Positions 48,782 to 59,301 of a DNA stretch of 64,000 nucleotides are shown here, piece after piece (the stretch's first letter is position 1; each line of letters opens with the position of its first letter). This DNA is from Candidatus Latescibacterota bacterium (GTDB lineage Bacteria; Latescibacterota; UBA2968). The translations under genes were made by a program, and so were the position numbers. The stretch is from assembly GCA_965116885.1 (NCBI GenBank), contig OZ220741.1:4896001-4960000 (forward strand). Reading direction: 5' to 3'. Below the pieces are notes generated by a model. That model searched no databases. It was given only the letters and a program-made list of their open reading frames with translations, and was not told the DNA's origin.

Positions 48782-51700
48782 TCACTCACTGATAAAAAAT
48801 ATAACCGTCTTCTCAGCGGTTTGCTCGCCATTCAAATCGGTAATCGTTACTGCAATTTCATAACGCCCTGGTTTTGACTCGCCCGGGTCAATCTCCAGAT
48901 AATTGTATTCATCAGACCCTGTACCCGTCCGCTCATAAGAAATCGTAACAACTGCTTTTTCTTCAATACCGAGCAACCGCCCCAGTGCCCGCAAAACCTG
49001 CACACCACTGAGTTTGCCTTCTTGGGGCGTAATGCGGTAATCCACGCGATATTTCGTCTGTCCAAAATCGTCGATTTTCAAATCGTAAACTTCGTAATAA
49101 ATAACAACCGGCTGCCCGGTCTTATAGGTGCGCGACGGCAGTGAAATAACCTCGACGCCACCTTTGTCCGTAGCCGAAGCATCTACTTGCACCCTTCCCG
49201 CAAGCTCTATATCGCTGATCTTGAGTCCAGCGACCGCATAATCCTCCACCACGAGTTCCTGCGTATATCCACTCCTGCGTCCAGATGCCGGATGATTGAT
49301 CTGAAGCCCCAAATAATATCGCCCGGGCAAAACCTGAAGCGCGAGTTCATCTATCGCCAGTGTACCGGCCTCAACACCGCCCTCCTCCACGCGCACCGGC
49401 ATCGGATCCAGCCTGCGATAAACCGGAGTCCAACTGCTGTCAAAAAGCGCGATACCGCGCTCAAAAACGACCTCTTCTCCCCCATCATCAATCGCATCTA
49501 AAACCGGCACCCCATAATACACCTCCAGCCGAGATTTATCATCTGCGCCCCTGAAATCTGCCGAAGCAGAGTGAAAATCCAGCACGCCCTTGCCAACGGG
49601 CACATAGCGATCGGGTTGCGCGCTCACCGCCCGTGAAATAACGACCTCGGGCCGCGTATCTTCCCAAAACCGCTGGTTAAATCGCGCAATTTTCCGCCCC
49701 TGAGAAACATCGGGAAAGTCGAAATCGCCCTTCGGCGTCAACGCCGTAAAAACGACTTCAATACCCCCACCCACATCCGGATAAATCCAGTACTCCCATG
49801 GCTCACTTCCATTGACCGGATAAAGCGGTATCCCCCGCATCGGACGCTCGCTCATGCCCGGACGATCCCGCCCGAAAAGCTCCTTGCCGCGAACATAAGT
49901 ATTCACATCATCACTCTGCCTGGCAAAAAACACGCGATTGGGATTCATCTCAAAATCGATAGACTCGAAATCGCTGACCGCAACCACCTCTCCCAACTCA
50001 GACTCGATTTCGACATCGCGCGTCGATGTGCGCAACCGGCCTATCCGCGCGATAATTTCCTGCTTGGCCTCTGGCGACAGCGCCGCTATCAACCGCTCCT
50101 TTACCCGCACGACCTTCGCATCTGTCTCAAACCGAATATCCGATCTTTTACTCACATGCGCGGGTTCGCCATAGCGGATATACACATCGCCGCGCCTGTC
50201 CCATTTTCGTCCATCTTTTGAAAAATTCTGCAACGCATAAACAACACGCCGATAGTGCTCGACCAACCGCTCGTTACCAGGTGTTGCTGGCGTGGGATCG
50301 CGTTTTTGCCAGAAGACCCGAACAAACTGCGCCCGCTCCTCGGGTGCCAGACGCTCGTACGCCGCCAATTCCTCTGGACCTGCCACGAGTGAAATATCTT
50401 CCACACGTTCTCTCGCCTCATCGCTAAGCGTGCGCAACGCCTCTGCAATCAGCGCGTGCGCTTTGCCCGTTTCCCCAATATTGAGATACGCCTCCAGAAG
50501 CGGATGCATGCATAAACTGCGAAAATCGGGCCTCGCCTCCATCAATTCTCGCCAAATAACCGTAGCCGAATCAATACGCCCTTGCTTGAACAACACGCGC
50601 CCAAAGTCAAATTGCGCCCGCGCATATAACGGATCTACTTCAATCTGCCGCCTGTATGCAGCCGCACTCTCGGCAAGTTCACCCCGGCGCTCTAACACGC
50701 GCCCCATCATATAATAGAGAAAAGGATGGGTGGGATCTCGTTCAACAGCCGCCTTCAGATATTCCAAACCCTCGCCCTTCCCGGAGAGAAAACGCGCCAG
50801 TTCTGCATTTGTCCAACACGCCGCCTCTTGAAATTTTTCAACAGCGCCATTCCAGTCGCCACGCCCCATCCTCACAATACCCAATGCATTGCGCGCCTCG
50901 GGCAAATCGGGGGCAATATCGAGCGCCTTTCGCACCCAACGCTCGCCTTCGACCAGCGCACCACTCTCAAGCGCGATCAATGCTTTCGCAGTCAACGCAT
51001 AGGGATCAAGCGGATCTTCACCCAGCACAAAATCGACCACATCGCACGCCTTTCGTACTGCAAGCGTATCCACCTCGGGCAAACGCTCGCCAAACGTCTT
51101 GTCAACGCGTTTCATAAGCGTTTTTTCAAGACCTATTGCCCGCAACATCGCCATTCCAACCTCGCGATTGCCCAATCCCGCGACCGGTGAAATATACGTC
51201 TGCGCGAAAATTGGTACCCGCTCGAGATAATGCCCGTACATAAAAGCTGCGCGTTCCCCCGCATCGACTTTCGCGTATTCCTGTACGGTCTCTGGCATTG
51301 AAAAGCGTTCCAGAATCTTTCCCATAAGAACCTGCTGCTGTGCCGTGAGCGATAATTCAACAGGAGAACCCAGAATGCGAAATTCTCGCTGCGTACGCGC
51401 AACCTGATCGCCTATACGCGCTTCAACGCTCAGCGTATATGTCCCAGGCGACAACCTGCGCAGCGGAATACCCTCGACAAATTTTGCATCTCCGCGATAT
51501 GTGGGAAATTCCCGCCGATGGTCAAAAACAACATGACCGAAGCGGTCGCTGATCTGAAAACGCACACTGTGGGCGAGCCGCCCGATCTCGTAAAGCTCGA
51601 CATAAAAGCGCAAGGGCGCGCCATCCCCGACCTCGCGTTCAGGCAACGGTAAAAGAACATGGCCCGCCTTGAGAAAGGACTCGGCTTCAAAATTCTGAGA

Positions 51701-52198
51701 AGGCGGATCTATTTCACTTACAAAAAACAGATCGCTAAACGCGAGTTGGCCCGTCTTATACTCGGGCACCTCAATAGAAAACACTGCCCGTCCCCGGCGG
51801 TCATTGCCCACGGCATTGACGTCCAGAACCGCGTGATAATATCCCGCTGGAACTTGAAATCGCGCGATATCATAGACAAAGTGTTCTGGATCGTCGATCC
51901 GGTCAGTGGAAGAAAAAACGCGCTCACCCTCTATCCTCTTGACCGAATTGCCATCCTCATCGAACAACTCGAGACGCGGGATATAACGCGCAACAAAAAG
52001 ACTATCACCCCGTTTTTCGAACGCGAGTTGCGCCGCGGGAAAACGGATAACAACCTCTTCATAAGGACCATCGTCTCCCCGAAAACTACATGCATCAACG
52101 CCGAGCGAGAGACTGCCTTCCGAAGACACCAACCCCTCTTCAGCAGTCGCCTGCAATGGGAAAAACGCGAAAAAAAGAAAAAGAATTAAAAAGCGCAT
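48782..52198 (-). CDS. Exported GWxTD-domain protein with TPR repeats
   Basis: Signal peptide; TPR helices; 'FWQKRDPTPATPGNERLVEHYRRV...DRRGDVYIRYGEP'. Confidence 0.8.
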   Translation of the reverse strand: MRFLILFLFFAFFPLQATAEEGLVSSEGSLSLGVDACSFRGDDGPYEEVVIRFPAAQLAFEKRGDSLFVARYIPRLELFDEDGNSVKRIEGERVFSSTDRIDDPEHFVYDIARFQVPAGYYHAVLDVNAVGNDRRGRAVFSIEVPEYKTGQLAFSDLFFVSEIDPPSQNFEAESFLKAGHVLLPLPEREVGDGAPLRFYVELYEIGRLAHSVRFQISDRFGHVVFDHRREFPTYRGDAKFVEGIPLRRLSPGTYTLSVEARIGDQVARTQREFRILGSPVELSLTAQQQVLMGKILERFSMPETVQEYAKVDAGERAAFMYGHYLERVPIFAQTYISPVAGLGNREVGMAMLRAIGLEKTLMKRVDKTFGERLPEVDTLAVRKACDVVDFVLGEDPLDPYALTAKALIALESGALVEGERWVRKALDIAPDLPEARNALGIVRMGRGDWNGAVEKFQEAACWTNAELARFLSGKGEGLEYLKAAVERDPTHPFLYYMMGRVLERRGELAESAAAYRRQIEVDPLYARAQFDFGRVLFKQGRIDSATVIWRELMEARPDFRSLCMHPLLEAYLNIGETGKAHALIAEALRTLSDEARERVEDISLVAGPEELAAYERLAPEERAQFVRVFWQKRDPTPATPGNERLVEHYRRVVYALQNFSKDGRKWDRRGDVYIRYGEPAHVSKRSDIRFETDAKVVRVKERLIAALSPEAKQEIIARIGRLRTSTRDVEIESELGEVVAVSDFESIDFEMNPNRVFFARQSDDVNTYVRGKELFGRDRPGMSERPMRGIPLYPVNGSEPWEYWIYPDVGGGIEVVFTALTPKGDFDFPDVSQGRKIARFNQRFWEDTRPEVVISRAVSAQPDRYVPVGKGVLDFHSASADFRGADDKSRLEVYYGVPVLDAIDDGGEEVVFERGIALFDSSWTPVYRRLDPMPVRVEEGGVEAGTLAIDELALQVLPGRYYLGLQINHPASGRRSGYTQELVVEDYAVAGLKISDIELAGRVQVDASATDKGGVEVISLPSRTYKTGQPVVIYYEVYDLKIDDFGQTKYRVDYRITPQEGKLSGVQVLRALGRLLGIEEKAVVTISYERTGTGSDEYNYLEIDPGESKPGRYEIAVTITDLNGEQTAEKTVIFFISE

Positions 52199-52200
52199 AG

Positions 52201-53466
52201 TCAAAATCCATTCGCAATCTCAGATAATCGCTCGCGGTGGGCTACCACCTTGGCGAATGCCTGCGCGGTCTGATCCACCCACTCGGCAGCGGGTGCAACC
52301 GGTGTAGCGAGCCAGAAACTCCTGTCCTGCAACCGCTCGCTCACCGGCAGACTGCACATAGGCCGTCTCGCCTCTGGGGACAAATCCGCCCACGGCCCGC
52401 CCAAATCATCGAACGAAAAATCGTTAAAAAGCGGCTCAAGGTGCATCGCACTATACCCCCACGCCGTCGTCTCTGCGACATACACCCCTTCCGCAACCAG
52501 TGCTTTTATAATAATAGGAAGCGGAGCACCAAGCAAATCGGGATCAACCGTTCCGGCATAGAGCAGCATGCCACCTCGCTTCGCCTTCGGATACGTCTTT
52601 TGCGGAGCCACACCGGGAATCCCATCGAGCAGACTATCCATTCGCCCAAACCATGCCATCCGCTTCTCATTCAGCCCCGGCAAGCGCTCCAACTGTGCGC
52701 GGGCCATCGCAATACCCAGAGGATTTGCGCGGTATTTGACGCCCAACCCCATATTGCGAAGCGCCTTAAAACGATCCGTCTGCCACAGCGCATCGCAACG
52801 CCCGCATTGCCCCAGAGCCAGCATACGATCGTAGAGATCATCATCATTCGTAGTCGCAATACCCGCTTCTATCCCGGACACCGGCTTTTTCTCCTGAAGG
52901 CTAAAACACCCGATATGTCCAATAGAGCCGACCATCTTATCGCCCCACATCGCCCCGGGTGCATGAGACGCATCCTCAATCAGCTTTATATCGGTCCCCT
53001 CTACAATATCTAAAAACGCATCCATATCTGCCGGATTGCCATAAATATGTGTCACCACAATCGCGCAGGTGCGGTGTGTAATCCGCTTCTTCACATCTTC
53101 GGGATCGGCGCAAAATGTTTCCGGATCTACCTCGCAGAACACGGGCGTCGCATTGCAATGCAAAATCGGCGTAATCGTCGCGTGCCACGTCGCAGTGGGC
53201 ACAATCACCTCTTTCCCTGCACATGCACCCGCGGCAAAAATCGCCGAGTGTAGCGCGGCTGTGCCATTGCACATACAAAGCGCGTGTTTGGTTCCCACAA
53301 AAGCCCGATACTCTTCTTCGAACTTGTCGAGTTCTGTATAAGCACCATCCTTATTATCCAAAACATAATTGACGTACTGCTTCTCCAGATCGCTCACATC
53401 CTGCCACGAATCACTCATCGGAGTGGTAACAGCTCTGGGACCACCGTCAATTGCCAGATTAGACAT
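52201..53466 (-). CDS. DegT/DnrJ/EryC1/StrS family PLP aminotransferase
   Basis: 'NGTAALH', 'HIYGNPADMD', 'IEDASHA', 'FSLQEKK'. Confidence 0.9.
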   Translation of the reverse strand: MSNLAIDGGPRAVTTPMSDSWQDVSDLEKQYVNYVLDNKDGAYTELDKFEEEYRAFVGTKHALCMCNGTAALHSAIFAAGACAGKEVIVPTATWHATITPILHCNATPVFCEVDPETFCADPEDVKKRITHRTCAIVVTHIYGNPADMDAFLDIVEGTDIKLIEDASHAPGAMWGDKMVGSIGHIGCFSLQEKKPVSGIEAGIATTNDDDLYDRMLALGQCGRCDALWQTDRFKALRNMGLGVKYRANPLGIAMARAQLERLPGLNEKRMAWFGRMDSLLDGIPGVAPQKTYPKAKRGGMLLYAGTVDPDLLGAPLPIIIKALVAEGVYVAETTAWGYSAMHLEPLFNDFSFDDLGGPWADLSPEARRPMCSLPVSERLQDRSFWLATPVAPAAEWVDQTAQAFAKVVAHRERLSEIANGF

Positions 53467-53572
53467 CTTTCCGCTCCTCTCAATAGACCGCTGAGTTTAT
53501 GCGATGTATCACAATATAGCGCAATTCAGCCCTGGAAAGCAATCCATCTCGACATTCAACAAACTAAAAACC

Positions 53573-53610
53573 AAAAAACCGATCGCTATAACTTCAGAGA
53601 TCGGTTTTTT
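53573..53610. terminator. Terminator downstream of the Rieske gene
   Basis: aaaaaaccgatc...gatcggtttttt. Confidence 0.75.
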
Positions 53611-53646
53611 ATTCTAATTTATCGACAGCCCCTGGTCTCTCGCTCC

Positions 53647-54096
53647 TTAAAACAGAATCGACAACGTCTGTGTTCCACTGTCATAGGTACTCTCAAATCG
53701 CGGCAACGGTGCGGTAGCTGGTCCGCGTAAAACCGCCCCTGTTGTCCTGTCAAATCTCGCACCGTGGCATGAACACCAGATTTGTGGATCGCGGTCCCCC
53801 GGCAAATCCACCTCGCACGCCTCATGCGTACACACAGAACTCAAAACCACAAAATTTTCTTCGGCAGCGCGAAAAATGATCACGGGCGCGCCGCCATTTT
53901 GACCGCTAAAAACTTGTTTCACAGACCCTCCCACCTGTGCCAACGCAGGCGCGCTGCCCACATCAAACTGCACACTCTCACCCGATGACTTCAACACATC
54001 ATTCTCACAACCCGAAATCCATCCGGCGCACATGCACCCCCCCACAAGCGCGAGGGCCTGCGTTAAAAACGCCCTTCTTTCCGTCTTATCATCCAC
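53647..54096 (-). CDS. Tat-exported Rieske [2Fe-2S] protein
   Basis: 'ERRAFL' twin-arginine motif; 'CTHEAC' and 'CSCHGARF'. Confidence 0.9.
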   Translation of the reverse strand: MDDKTERRAFLTQALALVGGCMCAGWISGCENDVLKSSGESVQFDVGSAPALAQVGGSVKQVFSGQNGGAPVIIFRAAEENFVVLSSVCTHEACEVDLPGDRDPQIWCSCHGARFDRTTGAVLRGPATAPLPRFESTYDSGTQTLSILF

Positions 54097-54118
54097 TGAT
54101 ATGCCTCCTCAATAAATC

Positions 54119-54712
54119 TTACGCCACAAGTGCCTTGTAAAACGGCCTCAACAATTTGCGAAGTTGGGCACGCGCCCGAAACAAACGCGATTTTACAGTG
54201 CCTACTGAACACCCCTCAACACTGGCAATCTCCTGATATGACAGCCCGTTCAACTCGCGCAGAACCAGCACAGACCGAAAATTGGGCGGCATATCCGCCA
54301 ACACCTGCGTCAAAACATCGCGCAACTCACTCTGCTCAACCCTGTAATCCGTTCGCTTTGGACCTGCAAACAGCGCTTCACCATCTGCTTGTCTGAACCA
54401 CCATTCATCATCCATCTTAACATCGTATTTGCGCTGTTGCGACTTAATCCAATCCAGACAACAATTGATGCTGATGCGATACAACCAGGTGGAAAACAGC
54501 GATTGCCCTCTAAACTGGTGAAGCGACTGAAACGCCTTGATGAACGCAAGTTGTGCCAGATCATCGGCATCTTCCCTATTGCCCACCATACCAAATGCCG
54601 TATGAAAAATCCGCATATGGTGCCGCCGAACCAATTCAGAAAACGCCTTTGCATGCCCCTTCTGAGCATACCCAACGAGCAATTTATCGTCGCATGTTGA
54701 CCAATTGAGCAC
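54119..54712 (-). CDS. ECF RNA polymerase sigma factor
   Basis: 'DADDLAQLAFIKAF', 'FSTWLYRI', 'LSYQEIA...GTVKSRLFRAR'. Confidence 0.93.
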   Translation of the reverse strand: MLNWSTCDDKLLVGYAQKGHAKAFSELVRRHHMRIFHTAFGMVGNREDADDLAQLAFIKAFQSLHQFRGQSLFSTWLYRISINCCLDWIKSQQRKYDVKMDDEWWFRQADGEALFAGPKRTDYRVEQSELRDVLTQVLADMPPNFRSVLVLRELNGLSYQEIASVEGCSVGTVKSRLFRARAQLRKLLRPFYKALVA

Positions 54713-54726
54713 AGAAAATCTCCCGC

Positions 54727-55800
54727 TTAAAATTCGACAACCAAATCCAAAGATACACTTTGTCGCCTGTCGTAGTTATAAAATTCATCATTTGAAAAAT
54801 TGCGCGAAATGCCGTATCCAAATTCCGTTGTCACACGCTGCGTTAGGGGCAACTCTAAAAAAGCGTCAAAAAACGAATACTCATCCCGGCGCAACGCGCC
54901 CCCTATCAAAATCGCGCCACTGACATCCCGCGCCATATCATCTTTATAAGACTGCCTTTCGTATCCACCTTCCAGAATGATCCGAACTTGCAAGGGCAAT
55001 TGCTGGGTCAGCCGCGCAGTTATTTGATCGCCGCTATAATCGTAGCGATCCTTTAATATATCATCGTCGCCGTAAATTAGCGCATTAAATCGCGTGGGAG
55101 TATCATTCGCAACTCGCAAGTTGATGCGCCGCTGGTAGCGCACCCGCAAGCCCGTATTATCTGTCAGAGATTGCGCCACCTGCAAACCTAAAACCACCTG
55201 CCCTTCGGCACCCTCGCGCAACTTGTAGCCCAGCCCCAGATCGCCCCTCAATGTCGTGCGCGAGGGCAAAAACTGGTTAATCTGAAAAAATGCGTAGTGA
55301 TCGACATAGCGCGACACATTCAAATTTTGATACGACCGCCAGTTGAGTTGATATCCCACCCGCTTCATCGTATTCTCGGCACTATACCATTTGCCCTGCA
55401 GGTATCCCGACAGCCCGGTATAATCATACACATCGTAAATGGAGCGATTTGTGCGCGCAGCCAGCGAAAAACCCGCAAATATCCTATCGCGCGCACCACT
55501 ATTCAGATCGCGCGCAAAATCCACACCCAATCGATTGGTCGCAAATGTCCGGTCGCCATTGTAACGAAATAAAAAGCCATCACCTGCAAAAAAGAACCGC
55601 AGATATGAATCATCCATATCCACGGGACGCATCACAGAAGCGGAAAACTGTGTCACAAAAGAACTCACCCCATCATAAATCCCATCCACATTGGTATCGT
55701 AAATCGTTCCCACAGTCACATCTGTAAGCACATCTGCATCTGCGGTTTTCAGCCCCAAAAGCAATACGCAAGCAAAGGTTGATAGTCGTTTCATAATCAT
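54727..55800 (-). CDS. Probable outer-membrane beta-barrel protein
   Basis: Signal peptide, 'YDTNV', amphipathic strands, C-terminal Phe. Confidence 0.65.
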   Translation of the reverse strand: MIMKRLSTFACVLLLGLKTADADVLTDVTVGTIYDTNVDGIYDGVSSFVTQFSASVMRPVDMDDSYLRFFFAGDGFLFRYNGDRTFATNRLGVDFARDLNSGARDRIFAGFSLAARTNRSIYDVYDYTGLSGYLQGKWYSAENTMKRVGYQLNWRSYQNLNVSRYVDHYAFFQINQFLPSRTTLRGDLGLGYKLREGAEGQVVLGLQVAQSLTDNTGLRVRYQRRINLRVANDTPTRFNALIYGDDDILKDRYDYSGDQITARLTQQLPLQVRIILEGGYERQSYKDDMARDVSGAILIGGALRRDEYSFFDAFLELPLTQRVTTEFGYGISRNFSNDEFYNYDRRQSVSLDLVVEF

Positions 55801-55829
55801 TCCCTTTTATAGCGATGGATTTATCATAA

Positions 55830-55853
55830 GGGGAAGGGCAGATACCCTTCCCC
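55830..55853. other. Intergenic stem-loop
   Basis: ggggaaggg-cagata-cccttcccc. Confidence 0.55.
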
Positions 55854-55866
55854 ATAGACCGATGCA

Positions 55867-56577
55867 TTATCCCGATGTCGTCGATTCAGAGGGCGTTTTA
55901 GGGCCTCTGCGACCCCGCTTACCACCATGTCCGCGCATTCCCTCCCGCGAACGCTCCGGACGCTCAATACCCCACTCTTCTAACTTCGCATCCACCGCAA
56001 CGCGAATATCTTCTCTCGACGTATCCGACGCTTTCAAGCCTTCAATCAACGTCTTGAGCTCTGTCTCTTGCTCATCGGTCAACACTGCTGCCAAACCTCG
56101 CTCGGGACGTTCAACACCCCATTCTTCCAATTTCGCATCCACCGCCGCGCGTATATCTTCCCGAGAGGTATCCGACGACTCCAAACCTTCTATCAGCGTC
56201 GTCAATTCAGTTTCCTGTTCATCGGTAAGCAATTCTGCCAGACCGGGCGAAATGGCCGAGCGTTCGGGAAATTCAACCCCCCATTCTTCCAGCTTGGCCT
56301 TCACTGCTGCGCGAATATCTTCCCTCGATGTATCCGATTCCTTCAAGCCATCAACCAGAGTTTTCAATTCAGCGCGTTGCTCTTCGGTCAACTGAGAAGA
56401 TGTGCCGCGTCCTCCCAAAACACCCTTGTGTCCGCGATGATATGATATTCGCACATTATCATCAATACCATCGGCATTTTCATCCACAAATACAGGTCCC
56501 GCCGCCCGCGCGTCCTGACCGCCCCACAGGGCACATGTCAGCGCCAACGCAATACTATAGGTCATCCACTTTTTCAT
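55867..56577 (-). CDS. Exported helical protein with three ~43-46 aa tandem repeats
   Basis: Signal peptide; 'FVDENADGIDDN'; 3x 'LTxEQxxELxTLxxGLxxSDTSREDIRxAVxAKLEEWGxExPER'. Confidence 0.75.
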   Translation of the reverse strand: MKKWMTYSIALALTCALWGGQDARAAGPVFVDENADGIDDNVRISYHRGHKGVLGGRGTSSQLTEEQRAELKTLVDGLKESDTSREDIRAAVKAKLEEWGVEFPERSAISPGLAELLTDEQETELTTLIEGLESSDTSREDIRAAVDAKLEEWGVERPERGLAAVLTDEQETELKTLIEGLKASDTSREDIRVAVDAKLEEWGIERPERSREGMRGHGGKRGRRGPKTPSESTTSG

Positions 56578-57041
56578 GGCCTTGCTCCTCACTGTTGAAT
56601 TTTTGTGAACCGTTCTCAAGCACCGATCTCATTTTGTCCGGCCGGAACCAAAATCCGATCAGCACCATCAACCTGCCGCACTTTGCGGCTACCGTATTTT
56701 AAACAATCAACAGGTATCTTCGTTCCCATGAAAATTGTAATAAATTGTTAAAATTGTTATAGTTTGTACACATAAAAAAGACCGATATTACTCGCTCTAC
56801 TACGCCTTGAAATGTGGTTATATCTATGCAGCAATACCCCCACATCCATGCAGAAACGATCCCCGGTCTTGTATCCTTAGATCAGAAAATGGCCTCACGC
56901 GTTCCATACAAACACAAAAAAAACCGCCCTATTATTGGTCGGCTTAGCCAATTGATCCCTTTTCCTCTTGCAATAGCGGAAGGATAGCATTAGGTTAAGC
57001 GGCGATATTTCGAGAACAACGCTGAAATAGGAAAGGAGCAG

Positions 57042-57863
57042 ATGATGATTCGGTTGGGAACAATGACGAGCGTGTGTCCAGATTGGTCTATCGAGCAGAT
57101 TATCGACGGGATGCAGCGCCATGGATTTGAAGGATTGGAGCCTCGCGCGGGGTGGGGACACGCCTCGGGTTTTGAATTGGACATGCCTGCGGCTGCTCGA
57201 GATGCAGCCCGGGCGAAAATGGAAGATGCCGGATTAAAAATATCCTGCGTAGCTACCGGGGCAAAATTTGCCGCAGAAGACCCAGCAGATCTGGACAAAT
57301 CCATCGCCGAGGCCAACGCCGCAATAGATCTCGCGGCTGATCTGGGGGCCGGATTGATCCGCACATTTGGCGGCGCACGCGGTAAAGGCGAAATATTCTG
57401 GATGGTAAACCGCACCGCTGAGGCATACAAGCGCGTAATGGATCACGCGGCAGAACGCGGGGTTATCGTCATGATGGAAACGCACGACGAGTGGTGTGTC
57501 TCGACCCAGGTGCGCGCAGTGGTTGAAAAAGTAAATCATCCCAACCTGGGCGTATTGTGGGACCTGATGCACCCACAGCGCCACATGGAACGCCCCGAAG
57601 AAACCATGCAGACGATTGGTGCGATGACCAAACACCTGCACGCACACGACGGGCGTTATGACACCGAAAATGGAAAAATTACAACAGTCGCTCTGGGCGA
57701 AGGCGACCTGGACTATGTCACGCCCCTAAAATTGTTACACGATGCCGGATTTGACGGCTTCTTTTCCGTGGAAGTAATCCACAAGCCAGGAAGCGATCAC
57801 GATGCAGATGCAACCTTGAAAGCTTATGGCGATGGGTTCAGAAAAATTGTCGAAAATTTTTAA
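57042..57863 (+). CDS. Sugar phosphate isomerase/epimerase (xylose isomerase-like TIM barrel)
   Basis: 'METHD', 'LWDLMH', 'HLHAHD', 'LGEG', 'SVE'. Confidence 0.85.
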   Translation: MMIRLGTMTSVCPDWSIEQIIDGMQRHGFEGLEPRAGWGHASGFELDMPAAARDAARAKMEDAGLKISCVATGAKFAAEDPADLDKSIAEANAAIDLAADLGAGLIRTFGGARGKGEIFWMVNRTAEAYKRVMDHAAERGVIVMMETHDEWCVSTQVRAVVEKVNHPNLGVLWDLMHPQRHMERPEETMQTIGAMTKHLHAHDGRYDTENGKITTVALGEGDLDYVTPLKLLHDAGFDGFFSVEVIHKPGSDHDADATLKAYGDGFRKIVENF

Positions 57864-57875
57864 TTGGAGAATAAC

Positions 57876-59291
57876 ATGGCAAAGCAGAATGTAATTTTAT
57901 TTGGAATCGACAGTTTGTGGTCCGATCACATGAGCTGTTATGGCTATAATCGGCTCACGACGCCACATATCGACAAATTTGCCACACAGGGCGTCTTGTT
58001 CGAAAACACATTTAGCGCGCATATCCCCACCACACCGGCTTATGCGTCAATGCTCACGGGCATGGATTGTTTTTCCACCGATGTCGTGGCACTGCGCCAC
58101 CGCGGCGGATTGACAGAAGATGTCGCGACCTTGCCCGAAATTTTGAGCGGAGAAGGCTATGAGACCGTATGTGTGGGCTTTACGGGAAATCCGAGTTCTC
58201 GCGGATTTGATGAATATGTGAACTTCAGAGCGTGGGGAAGTTGGGATGAACGTCCGCTGCACAAAGCCGAATTGCTCAACGAAGTGACATTACCCGAACT
58301 GGAACGCCTAGCCGCGGGCGACAAACCGTTTTTCCTGTTTTTGCGACACATGGACCCGCACGCGCCCTATTTGCCACCGCCACCGTACGATTCGATGTTC
58401 TACAGCAAAGACCCGTGCGACCCGTCCAAAACCAGCATGGAACCGGTAAAAGCATTCAAGCCATTTAGAGATTTTCATTTGAGCTGGATGCCACCGGGCA
58501 TTACCGACACAGATTTTGTGGTGGCGCAATACGACGGTGAAATTGCCTATATGGATGCGTGTATCCAGCGCCTGCTCACCCGTGTTGATGAACTGGGCCT
58601 GAGAGATAATACCCTAATCGTAATCAACGGCGACCACGGCGAGACCCTCGACGAGCACGATTGCTATTTTGATCACCACGGGATGTATGAATGCACCTTG
58701 AAAGTACCCCTCGCAATGCGCCTGCCCGGGAGCTTGCCCGAAGGCGTGCGCGTAAAGGGTTACAATCAGCACAAAGATCTCACACCGACGATCCTGGAAC
58801 TCCTGAACGTAGAAACAGACATCGCGTTTGACGGACGCAGCTTGATCCCGATGGTTGAGGGAAAACGCCACACGCACGAATCGGAATTTTATATTACCGA
58901 GTGTACCTGGATGCGAAAACACGGCTGGCGCACACCCGAGTGGAAATTGATCGTAGCACTGGAACCCGACTTTCATTTTAAGCCCGAAGTAGAGCTTTAC
59001 AATCTGATCCAGGACCCGGGCGAGACCACGAATCTGGCGGACCAGGAACCCGAAATGGTCGCCCTATTGCGCGGGCGGATGGAAGCCTATATTGCCAAAC
59101 GCGAAAAAGAAGTGGGCCATACCAATCCCATGTACACAAACCTGAACTGGCACGGCCGCAAGAATTACGACGGACCCTTCAAATCCTCCGAAGATGCGTA
59201 TAACCACATGCACATCGGTTCCGCCAGCCAGGCCGCGCGGTTGCAGGCGGGGAATAAAAAGGTAGAAGGAACGGTCGAAGAAAAGAAATAA
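57876..59291 (+). CDS. Sulfatase-like hydrolase
   Basis: 'IDSL..DH', 'DPHAPY', 'YDGEI', 'GDHGE', 'ELYNL..DPGE'; nucleophile motif is T-x-P-x-Y. Confidence 0.85.
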   Translation: MAKQNVILFGIDSLWSDHMSCYGYNRLTTPHIDKFATQGVLFENTFSAHIPTTPAYASMLTGMDCFSTDVVALRHRGGLTEDVATLPEILSGEGYETVCVGFTGNPSSRGFDEYVNFRAWGSWDERPLHKAELLNEVTLPELERLAAGDKPFFLFLRHMDPHAPYLPPPPYDSMFYSKDPCDPSKTSMEPVKAFKPFRDFHLSWMPPGITDTDFVVAQYDGEIAYMDACIQRLLTRVDELGLRDNTLIVINGDHGETLDEHDCYFDHHGMYECTLKVPLAMRLPGSLPEGVRVKGYNQHKDLTPTILELLNVETDIAFDGRSLIPMVEGKRHTHESEFYITECTWMRKHGWRTPEWKLIVALEPDFHFKPEVELYNLIQDPGETTNLADQEPEMVALLRGRMEAYIAKREKEVGHTNPMYTNLNWHGRKNYDGPFKSSEDAYNHMHIGSASQAARLQAGNKKVEGTVEEKK

Positions 59292-59301
59292 GAGAAAGCA
59301 T

